A stretch of 64,000 nucleotides of DNA from Syncephalis fuscata S228 (lineage: Eukaryota > Fungi > Zoopagomycota): the NCBI GenBank assembly GCA_025786725.1, contig JAHLTZ010000009.1, positions 372,001-436,000 on the forward strand, written 5' to 3'. A model generated the notes under the pieces. It saw only the letters and a program-made list of their open reading frames with translations. It had not been told where the DNA came from and did no database searches. Each line of letters starts with the position of its first letter. The first letter of the stretch is position 1. This document shows positions 13,497 to 27,803 of this stretch, one piece after another. A program made the position numbers and the translations under genes.

Positions 13497-13552
13497 CTGG
13501 TATTCACTATATCTATATATCTATATACATATACATATACATATACATATAT
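13458..13552. repeat. (GAT)n and (TATACA)n microsatellites
   Basis: Directly visible tandem repeats; a further (GAC)n tract lies at ~13731-13753. Confidence 0.95.
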
Positions 13553-13999
13553 GATTGGTGAAAGCAATAGTGCTGATCATAGATACAATGATAAAAATCG
13601 ATATATATAAATTGAATAATAAATACTAATATAAATATATATGTATTACATTTGTTATTATATAGATTTTACTCCATTCTCGGTTAAAGCGACGATCACT
13701 ACACTTATTACCGCCATAGCAACAATAACAGCGACGACGACGACGACGACGACGATAACCATATACAAACGTGTAAGACTTGGTGAATAACTATTTTGCT
13801 TGGCATTTGGGTAAGTTTGTTGTAGAATTGTTGAAATGTAGTGTATTGATATTAATACGTTATAATGGACCATCTACCTAGTGATTTACTTGGTTACAGT
13901 TCGAGTTACCGATTTAAACATACATTAGTTCAGCCGCGTACTTGTATAGTAACGGCTTTTATCGTAGTATAGTCTAGTTCTTTACACATACATACTATC

Positions 14000-14584
14000 A
14001 TGTCCACATCTGCTCGTGATATTCCAGTGGCCATCCGCCGTGCTGATCCTGGCGCTCCTTTGCCATCGGACTATAGCACAACACCACACGGTACCATCTT
14101 CTCAACTACACCTGGTGGTAAGTAATAGTGATTGTGATTGTGATAACCATAGGGGCAAAAGTGATAAAATATGATAAAAGCGATAAATAATAGCTACGAT
14201 CGCTTAATGGTGTAACTAAATGGATCAATAATACTAATATAAACGATATTAGGTACACGTATCATCTACGACCGCAGCAAGCTGCTTTCCCTGCGTAACT
14301 CGCCTCTTTCGCGCACACCACCCGCGAATATGGCCAATGTACCCGGCATAACACGTGGCTCTTATTCTGGACCTGGCAGCTCACTTCCCGTTCATCCTAG
14401 TTCATTGTCTCGATCGGTATCGGCATCCGATGTCATTGACTCGGAATTGCCTGGTAATCGGACACAAGCACTTCCTGCTACGCGCGAGGAAGATGATGAT
14501 CTAAATGGACATATCAACAACCTATCGGGCGATGGATCTGCCAAGAACAAGGGCGATGATCTGTTTGATATGGAAATGGAATAG
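14000..14584 (+). CDS. EIF4EBP: eIF4E-binding protein (animal-type 4E-BP)
   Basis: Exons 14000-14117 and 14253-14584 give [40 protein letters not shown] (TP sites, YxxxxLL) and a C-terminal TOS-like motif FDMEME. Confidence 0.92.
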
Positions 14585-15730
14585 TTTTGACGTTTATTTG
14601 AATGCACACACACACACACACATACACACGTACACAGGCACGCATACACTACTACACACACGTTACTACAGAATGATACCCTTTGCTATAACATCTTGAT
14701 AGTGTTGTAGTTGATAATCTTTTAAATAATGTGATGGATAAATTGATATATGTGTGAATGTGTTTAAATGTATACGATAATTAATAGTTGATTTAATGTC
14801 ATGTTTTGCCTTTTACCATGTAAATAAGACCATCTAGTTGACTAGTCATTAACAGTTAATAGCAACTATTAAGAAATGTAAATAATACAAAAAATACTAA
14901 TAATAGACCGATAAGCTAATAAGTAGTTAAATAATGATAATAGGTAAATAAATACTAATAGACTATTAGTTAAAACCATCCATTAAGAGTGGTCTAATAA
15001 TTACTAATGGGTGTTTATAAATAAATGTAAGAAATGAAATGTTTATGGGTGGGACAAAGGTGAGATGATTGAAATGTTCATTTTGTTCACCTAGTGTTTT
15101 TGGAATATTAAAGAACGTTAATCATGTCCCACTTGTCCCCTCTCCTCCGACACTTCATTTCTTTCCTTTTCTCACTCTGCTTTTTACTTAACTCTTTACT
15201 TACCTTTCTTACTGTTGTTGTTAACACACACCACCCAGGTACACAACACATACACACTTACCGCCCTTTGTTATATTCAACACGGGTAAGCAAGATTGAA
15301 CCACCCTGTCCACTGTCCATAGCACCATCTTATACACTACACGTACACATATACTTTCAGATCGTGCTATTCCAATACTCTTTTATCCGTTTGTTTTCAT
15401 TTACTTTTTCGTCAAGTGGCAAGCTTGCTTTTACTCTCTGTGTGTGTGGTAAACCTATACACGCGTTTATTACGTTTTCTCTTTAACTTGTTATTGTTTT
15501 TGTTATTATCCACACACACACACTTTCTCTATTTCTATCTCTATATCGTTCGCTCACTTTATTATGGTCTAACCAACCAAACAAAGATGGAGAAAAGACG
15601 ATATGATACAATATATATATTTATAGATTTATTTGTTTATTTATTTACATATTGATTTTAATTGGTAAACACCTCTTATTTGTTATTAATTTTGACCTTT
15701 TTTACAGATATATATATTTGATTTCCAATC

Positions 15731-16788
15731 ATGTCTCCCAAGAAGATTGAACTGCCCGCTGAAATTTCGGCTGATACTCCAGTTACATTTACGGCCCAGC
15801 AAGTACTTGAGGTAGTTAATTAGACATATATTACATATATATATATTCATTAACATGTTTTAATTGTAATTTGTTTACTATTGATGACTATCCATTATAT
15901 TTAGCTTACTCAAAGCTATGTTTCCATTGCCGAGAATTCGACACGAATTGCCAACATCCTAAGCCAAACAGCTGGTATTCCTGAAAAGCTGATCAGTGCA
16001 GCTATTGCTGGAAGTGAGGCTGCCGCTAGCGGTGAAACCGATGCCAAGAAGCGTAAGCGTGAACGTGACCCAGATGCTCCTAAGCGCCCACCAAGCTCTT
16101 TCTTGCTCTTTATGGCCGACCGTCGACCATTGATCAAGCAGGAGAATCCAGATATGACCTATACCGACTTGATGAAGGAAATCGGTACTTTGTGGAAGGC
16201 TTTGCCATCGGCTCAGCGTGAGGTAAATAAAATTGACCTAATTAACAATGATTATTACTAACAATGATTTAGGCTTACGAGACTCAATACAACAGCAGCA
16301 AAGAGGCTTTCATGAAGCTGCAAGAGGATTACTTGGCCAAGAAGGGTATTAGCCCCATGGATATCACAGTAGCAACACCCGCTGCCACGGGTAAAAAAGC
16401 AAAAGCCGATAGCAAGTCTGCTGCTTCAGGTGAAGGTGCACAGAAGGCTGAAGTAGCGGCCAGCAAGGCAAAGGCATCAAAGCAAAAGGCTGCACCAGCA
16501 CCAGCACCTGTGGCATCCGATAGCGACGATGCGTCTGAAAGCGATACCAACAACACCCCAGACAGTGCCAGCGGCTCAGACTCGTCCGAGACGGAAACAG
16601 AGGTCAGCAAGTCAAAGAAGGCAGCACTTTTCACTCCTCCACCAGTAGCCGCGAAGAAAGCCAAAAAGCCAGCGAAGCCATCGGGCGAGAAGAAAGAAGG
16701 AAAAGAAAGCAAGAAGGCCTCCAAACCTAGCGGTGATGCAGCTGCCGTAAAGAAGCCGAAAAAGCAAAAGAAAGTAGTTAAGGCTTAA
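15731..16788 (+). CDS. HMG-box chromatin protein with Lys-rich tail (Hmo1-like)
   Basis: RDPDAPKRPPSSFLLFMADRRPLIKQENPDMTYTDLMKEIGTLWKALP HMG box; two short introns; Lys/Ala-rich C-terminus. Confidence 0.88.
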
Positions 16789-17467
16789 TTATTGCGCTTT
16801 GGCTGCCATCTTGCTTTATAGTATCATTACCTTTATTGCTCACTCACACTTTGTGTCGTTCAATCTACTTTTCGCCGTTTCTCGTGCAATCGTTTCTTCA
16901 CTTGTGGATATTCTCTTGTTAGCGGTTGTTGATTTTTTAACGTCATGCTTTGTGTGCAACTTTGACGGCAACATGGATGCCAGTCTATTTTTACAGAAAA
17001 CATGCTTATGAAACCATCCATTTCTTTGAATTAAACAATTTGTGTTTTAGATTTGGCCAACATTATTACATGCAACAGTGTCGTTTTTATTAATTTAAAA
17101 ATATTTAATAAATCATTTTTGATCATCGTATTGTTATTACTAAGTAATGGCAATAATAGCAATGATAATAATAAAAGTTTACAAACTGTCAAATAAACAA
17201 ATTTATAACAAGTTCAAAATAAATACAAAATAATATTTTTATATAAACATTTGTGATCTAATAATTACATCTAGGTGTTTTTAATATAATTTTAATTATT
17301 CTTTGCTTTCATTAGCGAGTAATACGTTAAATAAAGGACATATATATATTTATAATAAACCAAGTTTATAAACAAAACTATTTGAATTTAAAATTTTGAA
17401 ATAAATACAATTATCTAAAAAAATTGCCAATAAGTTGTTGAAGTCATGCTAATTCTATAATTAGCTA

Positions 17468-18507
17468 CTAATGCGTTAATGTGTAGCTGTTTCTGCATGC
17501 AAATGAGATATGTCGCGTAGTCATGCTTTCTTTGAAATCAAATTGAGTAATTTGGAACTTGGTAGGCCTAGGCTTTGATTCAGTTATTGAGTTGGATCTT
17601 TTACAGGCACGGGCACATTGATTGCTCAAAACAATTGAAGTCATTAGCCTAATAATAACAATTAGTAAAAGTAGTAAAAACAAAACGATTGCACCTACCA
17701 ATCAGCGAGGAAAAACAGTATAGATGAATCGCCGCCGACTTTTAAAAGAATGCATGTGCCACAAATGATATTGCACAAGACCACAAGGCACATCACTTGT
17801 ATTCCTTCACGCGCCAATCGCCGCCACGCATCAGAGCCATATATTTTATATTGTTTATAGGTGACGTAGCTAAAGATGCCAGAAAAGAACGAGTTGATAG
17901 GAACAGTTAAACTGAACCAATACCATGGTATATAGGCAGGATAAGTAATAACACAGCCACTGTAAGCTTCTAGTGTGATTTGCGAGTGTTGAATTGCGAG
18001 GATTATAAAGCCAAATTGCGGCAAAATTAAACTGATTCCAATGACTGGTACCCAGTACTGGCGTCGCAGTGCTAGATATGCTTTTTGAAGAACAATTGCA
18101 CTATTGAATATCGTTGCAATAGTGAGGGCACAAATGACAAACCATAACATTTTTCGGCAACTAACATAGCCAACCGCAAAGCTGAAGCTAGACACCATGC
18201 CATGCGCCATTCCCAGTGCGGCAGGTACCAGGCAGCACCAGTTCTGAAAGCTATTGGGTCGGGCATAGAGTAGTTTGATAACAAGAAATACGTTGCTTGC
18301 AAAGATAAGTGAAGCCATAAAGTTGGCGGCAAGTTGGTATTGAATACCCGTAAGACGAGCCTGTAAAAGCTCTCTGTTGTTGCTTGGTGTGTTAATTACA
18401 AAGTCAATGATATTTATTTCACCAGACGGATCTAATTGCACGCCTAGAGACTGGATAGTCGATTCTATCCAGTCTGTAGCTAATGCACCAGTTTGTTCTT
18501 GAGCCAT
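17468..18507 (-). CDS. 7TM GPCR-like family member 1
   Basis: Family motifs WCCL, CR, LQKAY, GC, YGSDAWRRLAREGIQ, DW; intron 17649-17698. Confidence 0.85.
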
Positions 18508-19520
18508 ATATGGTGAATATCGAGTAAAAAAATACAGTGGTGATTGATAGAAATGCAAGAAAATCTGACAGCACCTTGATGTCTGTACAAAAATGATTAT
18601 TTGGAAAGTCGTCGATAGGAAACCTGTTAGTATATCACATGGACGTATAGTGATAGCGCGCCAATATGCATATTGGAAAATGGTTGATCATTGGCGACAC
18701 AAGGCGAAATTTTGGACTGAAATAGTTGTATACGTGTACAAGCCTTCGCTGTTTTATTTAGCAGTTTAAGTGCTGTGAATAAAATATGCATACTCAGCAG
18801 TATGTGTCTGCATAGCAGATTTAATGGTTTATTTCAAATGAAAAATGAAAGCACGCTGAACTGCCAAGTCTTTAGTAATGTTGGCCATATTAGCCATGCT
18901 GTTTAGTATTTGAACAATATGCTAGTGCTACACGTGTCAATAAAACGTCACACGAAATCATCATGCTAGATGTATGATCGGTCAAGGAATAAACAAGAAT
19001 TTTGGAGAGCACAATTGGTCATAAAAAGCGTACAGAAATACCATTAAAGCACTAGTTTTTTTCCATCTTCCAAAATGGCATTTCTAACCAAAAGTATCAG
19101 TACTATATTAGATTGAAATACCGTAATGATATAATGAGATGGTTGATTAACAGTAATTCATCACTTATTACAGCCGTTACTTTACAGCGTTATTAATTTA
19201 TACAGCTAATATTTTTTAAGTTTGTGTATATTAAAACATTCAGTTAATAATAAAGACAGCTTTTAATATTTACATGCTATTCAGTTAAATACGCGATAGT
19301 TTATAACAGAGAAAGTGACACTGACTCAATGTTTTGCTAATATGTGAGGCTGACACCGTTCCGCAAATAACCGGTTATTGCATGCAACTCCATGCTGTTC
19401 ACCTTTGGTCTTGCGTTGATGCTCACACATCATTCTAACCTGCCTATTTTGACCAGCCTCTTTATTATATATATATAAACTCTATAATCTTTGTATAGTC
19501 ATACCACCTAATACCATAGT

Positions 19521-20546
19521 ATGCCGCTGAAAGATAATTTGCAAGACAATGCCACAACTTGGTTCGGTATTCCATTAAATCCACTTGGCGGGATACCTGT
19601 ATATGATTTTGTCGCTGGGAAAGACGAAGACTACGAGCTGCCTAGATCAATGGTCCAGGCCCGACTAACAGGGCTTCAGCGTCAAATTGCCTGTTACATG
19701 ATTATGTCACTTATCTTTGTGCGTAATACGGTTGTAGCCATTAATGTACTTAAATGTCAGCCCAAAAGCTTTTCGGGATGGTGCTGCCTTATGGCGTCAT
19801 TATTTGGCATTTGTATGGGCATGATGGATTTAGTGGCTGTAATAATGACCAGCTTAAATTGCAGACAAATAGTTTGGTTTATTATTTTAGTTTATAATTG
19901 CTCGATTATGTTCAACACTATTATTTTGTTGCACAAAGCTTATCTGGCGCTACTCCGCCGCCGTTGGGTACTGTTTGTTGGCGCATTCTTCATAATATTA
20001 CAACTTTTATTCGCTTTTATTTCAGTGCAAAAGTCTCCGATAACTATAGAGGCATATAACGGCTGTGTAATAAACTACACAGTGCCTACGATAACCACAT
20101 GGATTGTTTCAGTATTGCCTGTTAATATGCTTTTATCAGGAATATTCAGTTACATTGCTTATAGGCAATACAGGCTATTTGGCTCAACAGCATGGAAGAA
20201 GCTAGCTGAGGATGGCATTCAAACCATGTGCGTAGTGATACTCTGTAACATACTATGTGGCATTGTCATTGTGTTTAAGCTATTTGGCAACTTTTCAGAG
20301 CTTTTCTTCATGATTGACTGGTAAGATAACTACATGTTGCAAAATCGTAACTAATCTGTTTTCAGGGTGGTCACATCAACAATATTGGCCAATCACTGCG
20401 ATTTTGTATGTAGAACAGTAAAGTCGCTTTCTACGGCATCTGGCGAATCTAAAAGCGTTGCTACTACGAATATGGATATAAAAGAGAACACGACAATATA
20501 TCCTAGTCATGCTTTTGACACTACCAACTACACATTGTCTTATTAG
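19521..20546 (+). CDS. 7TM GPCR-like family member 2
   Basis: Same motifs; single intron in the DW Trp codon; ends TNYTLSY*. Confidence 0.85.
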
Positions 20547-20858
20547 CAACAGCTTTTGTTTAATAAAGGCCTGAATGTTTGTGTGCACGGTTGTCACAGC
20601 CAATCAATTGAGTTGAGCTGCAATGTTCAACGCTTTGCTATCCGTGCCTCCTACTCTGCTTTTGCAAAGAATTAAATAGCGGTTTATAGCAACATGCATG
20701 CAACAGGTTTTTCCTGCATGTTTTTTGCCTTGTAAGGACTAGAAGGGTTGTTAAACCATATTGCTGTTTCATTTCGCTTACCACACTTGTTGCCACATAT
20801 ATACATACACAAATATATGTTTTATAACATTTAATCTAGTACTTTCTAACACGTCAAT

Positions 20859-21884
20859 ATGCTAGCCGATAAAACTTGGATGGAAAATACTACTAGTTTG
20901 TTGGGTATTCCATTGCATCCACTTGGTGAAATTTGTATATACGACTTTGCCAGTGGACAACAAGAGAACTACGAGCTATCCAGAGCAGAGGTCCAAGCTC
21001 GAGTAACAGGTCTTCATCGCCAAATTGTATCCTACTTGATTGTGTCGTTTATGTTTGTACCCAATATAACGAAAGCTATCAAAGTGCTCATGTGCCAACC
21101 GAAAAACCTTTCAGGATGGTGCTGTTTTATAACATCATTAATGGGTGCCAGTATTGGTGTAGTAACTGCATTAACTATGCTATTAAATCACATAAACTGC
21201 AGACATGCATGCTGGTGTCTTATCTTGTCTATTTGCATAGCTATGATGTTCAATAGTATTATTCTATTGCATAAGGCATATTTAGCATTGCTCCAACAGT
21301 ACTGGGTGCTGTTTATTGGTTCATTTTGCACGCTCTTGCAACTGTTGTTTATGCTTGCCGCTTTAAGGTTTATCCCAATTACAATAGAAGCGTATGGTGG
21401 TTGTATTGCCAACTATAGTCCAATTCTTGTATACACTTGGATTGCCGCTGCACTTCCTGTTAACGCATTTTTTTCATTTATATTCTGCTACGTGGCTTAC
21501 AATCAGTACAAGTCTTACGGCTCTAGTTCGTGGAAAAAGTTAACAGAAGAAGGAATTCAAGCCATTTGCTTGGTGACGCTATGCAATATAGTTTGTGGCA
21601 TTTTTATTGCATTTGAACTATTTGGAAAATTTTCAGAAATGTTTTTTGTTATTGACTGGTAAGTCAGTGGATATTGCTAAATTACAAGCTAACTATTAGC
21701 CAGGCTATTTACATCAACAGTGCTAGCCAACGACTGCGAAAGTAGATACAAAACAGCAAAAAAGCTTAAAGAAGCAAGTGATCGGTGTAAGGAGTGCAAT
21801 AATACGCAGATGGATATCAAAGAAACCATAACAACTTACCATGACCGTTTCCGTGGCACTACCAATTTTACATCATTTTATTAA
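20859..21884 (+). CDS. 7TM GPCR-like family member 3
   Basis: Same motifs and intron; ends TNFTSFY*. Confidence 0.85.
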
Positions 21885-22208
21885 TACTAAACATTCTTTA
21901 AACCAATTTAAATGCTAATCAACTTCAATAATCATAATAAACCATTTGAATTATTATGCAGTAATACCACAATTATAATGTCTGCATCAATAGCGTGTAT
22001 AGTACCACAAAATGATTGTAAACACTATCATGCGACAATACCAATAACCGGTTATAGCGTAAACCAAGATTTCGGCTTGTTTTGTCTTTGAGAATGTTAG
22101 TTGACCGGTTGGCCTCTAACATGTGTTTTCGCTATTTCTACTACTTGCTTTGTTGCGCTATAGACGATATTTCTATTAGTTATTTGCTTGTATTAGTACA
22201 ATAGCCAA

Positions 22209-23228
22209 ATGAATGAGCTGTCGAATGAGAATGTAACCAATTGGCTTGGTACTACGCGCGTTCCACTTGGTGAGATATCTATCTATGACTTTGTCAGTGG
22301 AAAGTATGAAGAACATGAGCTATCCAGGGCAGAGGTTCAAATTCGATTTACGGCTATACAGCGCCAAATTGCAGTGTACATAAGTTTATCAGCTATATTT
22401 ATGCACAATTTTTATGTAATAGTTAACATATTGCGATCCCAGCCTAAAAACATATCGGTATGGTGCTGTCTTTTTGTTGCTTTACTAGGCTCCGGTTATG
22501 TTATACCAATCTCGATGCTCGCGCTAGTAAATAGCATGAGCTGTCGACAAATATGCTGGTATGGCATAATAACTGTTTGCTTGTCCGCAATTTTCAATGG
22601 CATTATTTTACTACACAAGGCATATCTGGCGTCACTCCGACGACTTTGGGTGGCAGTTATTGGCATGATATTTGTGCTGTTGCAAGTAGGATTTATGGTT
22701 GTTGCGATTGTAATCACACCGGTTACTATAGATCCGCAGTATGCTTGCGCTGTCGAGTATAGCTCACTGATGATGTACGCCTGGATTGGAACAGTGCTAC
22801 CTGTTAATGTATTTTTTTCGGCCATTTTCAGCTACGTTACCTATACTCAATACAAAACGTTTGGTTCGGATGCATGGAGACGATTAGCCGAAGATGGCAT
22901 TCAAACCATGTGTTTGGTGCTGCTATGCAATGTCATATGCGGATGTTTTATTGCTTTCAGAGCCTTTGGAAGTGGCTCAGATATATTTTTTATTATCGAC
23001 TGGTAAGTCAGTAGTCATTGTTAAGCTGCAAACTAACTATTAAACAGGGTATTTACATCGACCATCTTGGTCAACCATTGCTCTAGCATATCTAAAGCAG
23101 TAAAGGCGTTTACTGAAGCAAGGAGCCGATCTAGAGAATACAGTAGTACGCAGCGCGATATAAATGAAACCATAACAACCTATCACGGTCACATTCCAGG
23201 TGTTACCAACTTTACATCATTTTACTAA
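22209..23228 (+). CDS. 7TM GPCR-like family member 4
   Basis: Same motifs and intron; ends TNFTSFY*. Confidence 0.85.
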
Positions 23229-23799
23229 TTATTGATCAATACAAAATAGCATAAGCAAGGATGTTTTTATAAACTAATAAAATGTTTAAATTACATTGCA
23301 CTTTATGACATACTATTGTAAACACGTGGTTTATCGTCATTATAAGTATGGATGTGCATGTAGTGTTTATTTAATGGGTCCTTCGCCTTTACTCGTCACG
23401 AGAAAACAACATCGTTTATTCAATATGGCTGTGTGTGTGGTACATGTGTGTATCCGATGCATTATACTATCGTCACAAACTGCTAACAAGTCAGCAGAAT
23501 ATTATAGCTAATTACCATCTATAGCTAAGCTTGCTCACTTGCCAGCAATTCCCTGTTTGTTCTGCGGCAGAAACGTAATACGCTTTAGTGTTGCCAGTAT
23601 GGCCGTTATCTAAAATTTCGTGCATCCTGAAATACCAGTATGGAATCACGCGACTAACCAGCCATGCAGCATCCACCTTTCTACCTTTTTGGCAACCTTG
23701 AACTTTTAGCTCATAATTTTACTTTGATATTTGTGTTTAATTGCTTATTGATTGTTTATTATATGGATATATCCACCAGCCACCTTATTAATATAACAA

Positions 23800-24817
23800 A
23801 TGCAAGAACTGGGAACAAATGCAACCACTTGGCTTGGTATCCGATTGGATCCACTTGGCGAGCTGTATATCTATGACTTTGTCAGTGGAAAGTTGGAAAA
23901 CTATGAGCTATCTAGAGAAACCGTTCAAGCTCGACTACTGGGTGTGCAGCAGCAAATTGCATACCATTTAATTGTATCTATTTTTTTTACACGCAATCTG
24001 TTTGTAGCGATCAAAGCGCTTCGATTTAGATTAAGCAATCTATCAGGATGGTGCTGTCTAACGGTATCTTCACTAGGCTTCGGGTTTCTCGTCTACACTG
24101 TATTGCTAGGAACGGTCTATGAAATGGCATGTAGGCCGTTAAGCTGGTACATTCTTTGTGCCATGAATCTTTCTAACGTTTTCAACACCATAATTTTATT
24201 GCACAAGGCATATCTGGCTCTGCTTCGTCCGTACTGGGTACTCATCAGTGGTTTTCTTTTTATAGCATTACAGCTCGGCTATCTGATTAGCACTATAATC
24301 ATCAGCCCATTCACTATAAAGGAATATATCGGTTGCGTATTTAATTATACAAAGGCCCAATCATATGTCTGGCTTGCAACAGTATTTCCTGTCAATACTT
24401 TCTTTTCGGCTATATTCAGCTACGTTGCTTATAAACAATACAGGAATTTTGGCTCAGATGCATGGAAACGACTGGCTAAAGATGGGATTCAGACAATGTG
24501 CTTGGTTATACTATGTAATCTAGTATGTGGCACGCTGATTATTTCTGAAGTTCTGAAGAAGTTTGCGGAAAATCTTTTTGTTTTTGATTGGTAAGTTGAA
24601 TGTTTGTCATCGTAATACAAGCTAATGTTCGTAAAGGGTTTTTACATCCACAATCTTGGTCAATCATTGTGAAAATGTGTCCAGGACAATCGAGTCATTC
24701 ACTGCAACAAATAATAGGTCCAAAGAACTCAATACAACGCAAATGGACATGAAAGAAACCATAACAACTTATCATGGCCGTATTCGTGGTGCTACGCATT
24801 TTACATCATTTTATTAA
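23800..24817 (+). CDS. 7TM GPCR-like family member 5
   Basis: Same motifs and intron; ends THFTSFY*. Confidence 0.85.
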
Positions 24818-25162
24818 TAACGACTTTCGTTTAATAAAAATTTAAGCAAATATGTTTTTACAGCATTAATAAACCATTTGATTAACTTGCTGTATTACTA
24901 TTATAAAGCTAGGCTAATTATTGCGTAGATCAGTTTGCTAAAAATTATCTGCATGCTCATGCTTGCAGTGCATATTAACAACCAGTTTTACTAGATATAT
25001 CTCTTCGCCTTGAATCATTACTAATCGTGCTACTGCCATTTTATCCATTTTTATCCACATTCGTACTTCCATGTTTACATTAATATCAATTAATTTATTA
25101 TATATATATATATAAATAGTATTTTTTCATTAGCTAATAATTTACCAATAGTACATCAAACA

Positions 25163-26178
25163 ATGTCCGATATAAAAGGAAACATGACCGTTTGGCTCGG
25201 TATTCCGCTAAATCCACTTGGCGAGATGCATATATACGACTTCATTAGCGGAAATCAAGAAGACCATGAGTTATCCAGAATGGAGGCTCAAGCTCGACTA
25301 ACAAGTATGCAGCGTCAGATTGCGGCATATATTATTATCTCATTGATATTTATGCGCAATTTTTCCGTAGCTATCAATACGCTTAAGTTTCAGCCTAAGA
25401 GTCTTTCAGTGTGGTGCAGTATATTTGTATCCTTACTAGGCGTTGGACTTTTTATATGTTCCTCATTATCGGGACTAGTAATTAACATAAACTGCAGACA
25501 GGCAAGTTGGTACGCCATGTCAGCTCTTTGCTTGTCAACAATTGCCAATGGCATTATTTTGTTGCACAAAGCATATCTAGCATTGCTTCGAAAGCGTTGG
25601 GTGGCAATTACTGGCATGATATTTGTGTTATTGCAAATAGGATTCATGGTTGTTGCTTTCAAGGCTGCGCCAGTTACCATAGAAGCCGAATTGGCTGTGT
25701 TGTCGAATATGGCAATTTATTGTCATATGCCTGGATCGGAACAGTGCTACCTGTCAACATATTTTTTTCAGCTGTATTTAGCCATGTTGCCTATAAACAA
25801 TACAAAACGTTTGGTTCGGATGCATGGAGACGATTAACTGAAGATGGCATTCAAACTATGTGTTTGGTAGTATTATGCAATGTCATATGCGGATGTTTTA
25901 TTGCTTTTAAACTTATTGGCAAAAACTCGGAAATATTTTTTATAATCGACTGGTAAGTTAATATTAACCGTTAAACTACAAACTAACTATTATACAGGGT
26001 GTTTACATCGACAATTTTAGTCAATCATTGCTTTGTTATATCTAAAACAGCAAAAGCATTCACTGAAGCAAAGAGCCAGTCTAAAGGAGGCAACAGTACG
26101 CGGCGCGATATAAATGAAACCATAACAACTTATCATGGTCACATTCCCGGTACTACAAACTTTACGTCATTTTATTAA
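25163..26178 (+). CDS. 7TM GPCR-like family member 6 (1-bp deletion at ~25689; assembly error or young pseudogene)
   Basis: GCCGAATTGG versus GCCGACATTGG in the otherwise identical tract of member 7; ORFs 25163-25837 and 25507-25956 join if one C is restored. Confidence 0.75.
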
Positions 26179-26489
26179 TCATGGGTTTACGTAAAAATAA
26201 CATAAACAAATGTGTTTTCATAAAACAAATATAATGTTTTGCCTATCTTACTATACACCATTGTAGATTAATGCATTGAAGGTCATTTGCATGCGTATGC
26301 TTGCAGTCCATGTCAATAACCAGTTTTACTGAGTATACATTTTCGCCTTGAATCATCGTTGATCTTACTACTGCCATATTATTGTTTTATCTGCCGTTTG
26401 CATATTCATATTTACATTTATATCTATTAGCTTGTTATATGTATATATAGAGCTTTTATTAGTTAATTACACAAATAATATAGCAAACA

Positions 26490-27508
26490 ATGTTCAATGC
26501 AGAAAAGAACACAACCACCTGGCTCGGTATTCCGCTAGATCCACTTGGTGAAATACCAATATATGATTTTATTAGCGGAAACAAGAAGGCCATGAAATAT
26601 CCAGAAGAGACACTCAATTTCGATTAGTAGGCTTTCATAGTCAAGTTGTAGCATATATTGTCATATCAACACTATTTATGCGCAATCTTTCTGTAGCTAT
26701 CAATACGCTTAAGTCTCAGCCTAAAAATTTATCAATATGGTGTAGTACACTTGTATCATTGCTAGGCATTGGACTTTTTATAATTACCGTATTACTGGGA
26801 TTTATAATTACCATAAACTGTAGGCATATGTGCTGGTTTGCCATTACAATTCTTTGTTTGTCAACAATTGCCAATGGCATTATTTTGTTGCACAAAGCAT
26901 ATCTAGCATTGCTTCGAAAGCGTTGGGTGGCAATTACTGGCATGATATTTGTGTTATTGCAAATAGGATTCATGGTTGTTGCTTTCAAGGCTGCGCCAGT
27001 TACCATAGAAGCCGACATTGGCTGTGTTGTCGAATATGGCAATTTATTGTCATATGCCTGGATCGGAACAGTGCTACCTGTCAACATATTTTTTTCAGCT
27101 GTATTTAGCCATGTTGCCTATAAACAATACAAAACGTTTGGTTCGGATGCCTGGAAAAAACTGGCCGAAGGTGGCATCCAGGCTATGTGTTTGGTGGTAT
27201 TATGCAATGTCATATGTGGAACTTTTATTTTTTTTAAATTTCCTAGTAAACGATCGGAAATGTTTTTTATTATTGACTGGTAAGTCGGTATTTATTATCA
27301 AGCTATAAACTAACCAGCAACTAGGGCGTTTACATCAACAATTCTGGTCAACCATTGTGCCGACATATCTAAAGTAGCCAAAGCACTCACTGAAGCAAAA
27401 AGTCGGCCTGAAAAGCATAATGGTACTCGGGTGGACATAAGAACATCTATGACAACATACCGCGACTATATTCATGGCGACACCACCAACTTTACATCTT
27501 TGTTTTAA
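26490..27508 (+). CDS. 7TM GPCR-like family member 7 (1-bp deletion in A-run at ~26580)
   Basis: MFNAEKNTTTWLGIPLDPLGEIPIYDFISG joins ORF 26678-27283 if one A is added; ends TNFTSLF*. Confidence 0.75.
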
Positions 27509-27803
27509 TAAAAACTGGTCAATAACAATTAAATCTAATATGGCATATTTTAATCGAATCAATAAACCATTTGAATTATTGTTTGCACCAATGATATGTC
27601 GCGATAACACTGCACAAGACCCCAAAAAGCAATGATTTGATCATGCGTATAACCGGTTTATCACGCGTGGTCTCTTTGTCTTGCTTTGCCTTTGGCTACT
27701 ACCTAATCAGCTTCGCAATTAACTACCTAGCCTTTGTTAGACATGCCTAGGCTGCGTATATTATTAATTCACAATAGTATTTTTTGCACTTTTTAACTAA
27801 ACA

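Noticed and set aside
12464-13873. Short ORFs with poly-Met/poly-Asp/poly-Val tracts
   Set aside because: They are translations of (GAT)n, (TATACA)n and (GAC)n microsatellites and pyrimidine-rich leader sequence.
25427-25434. GTATCCTT as a second U12 donor
   Set aside because: Lies within continuous receptor coding sequence that aligns ungapped with paralogs.
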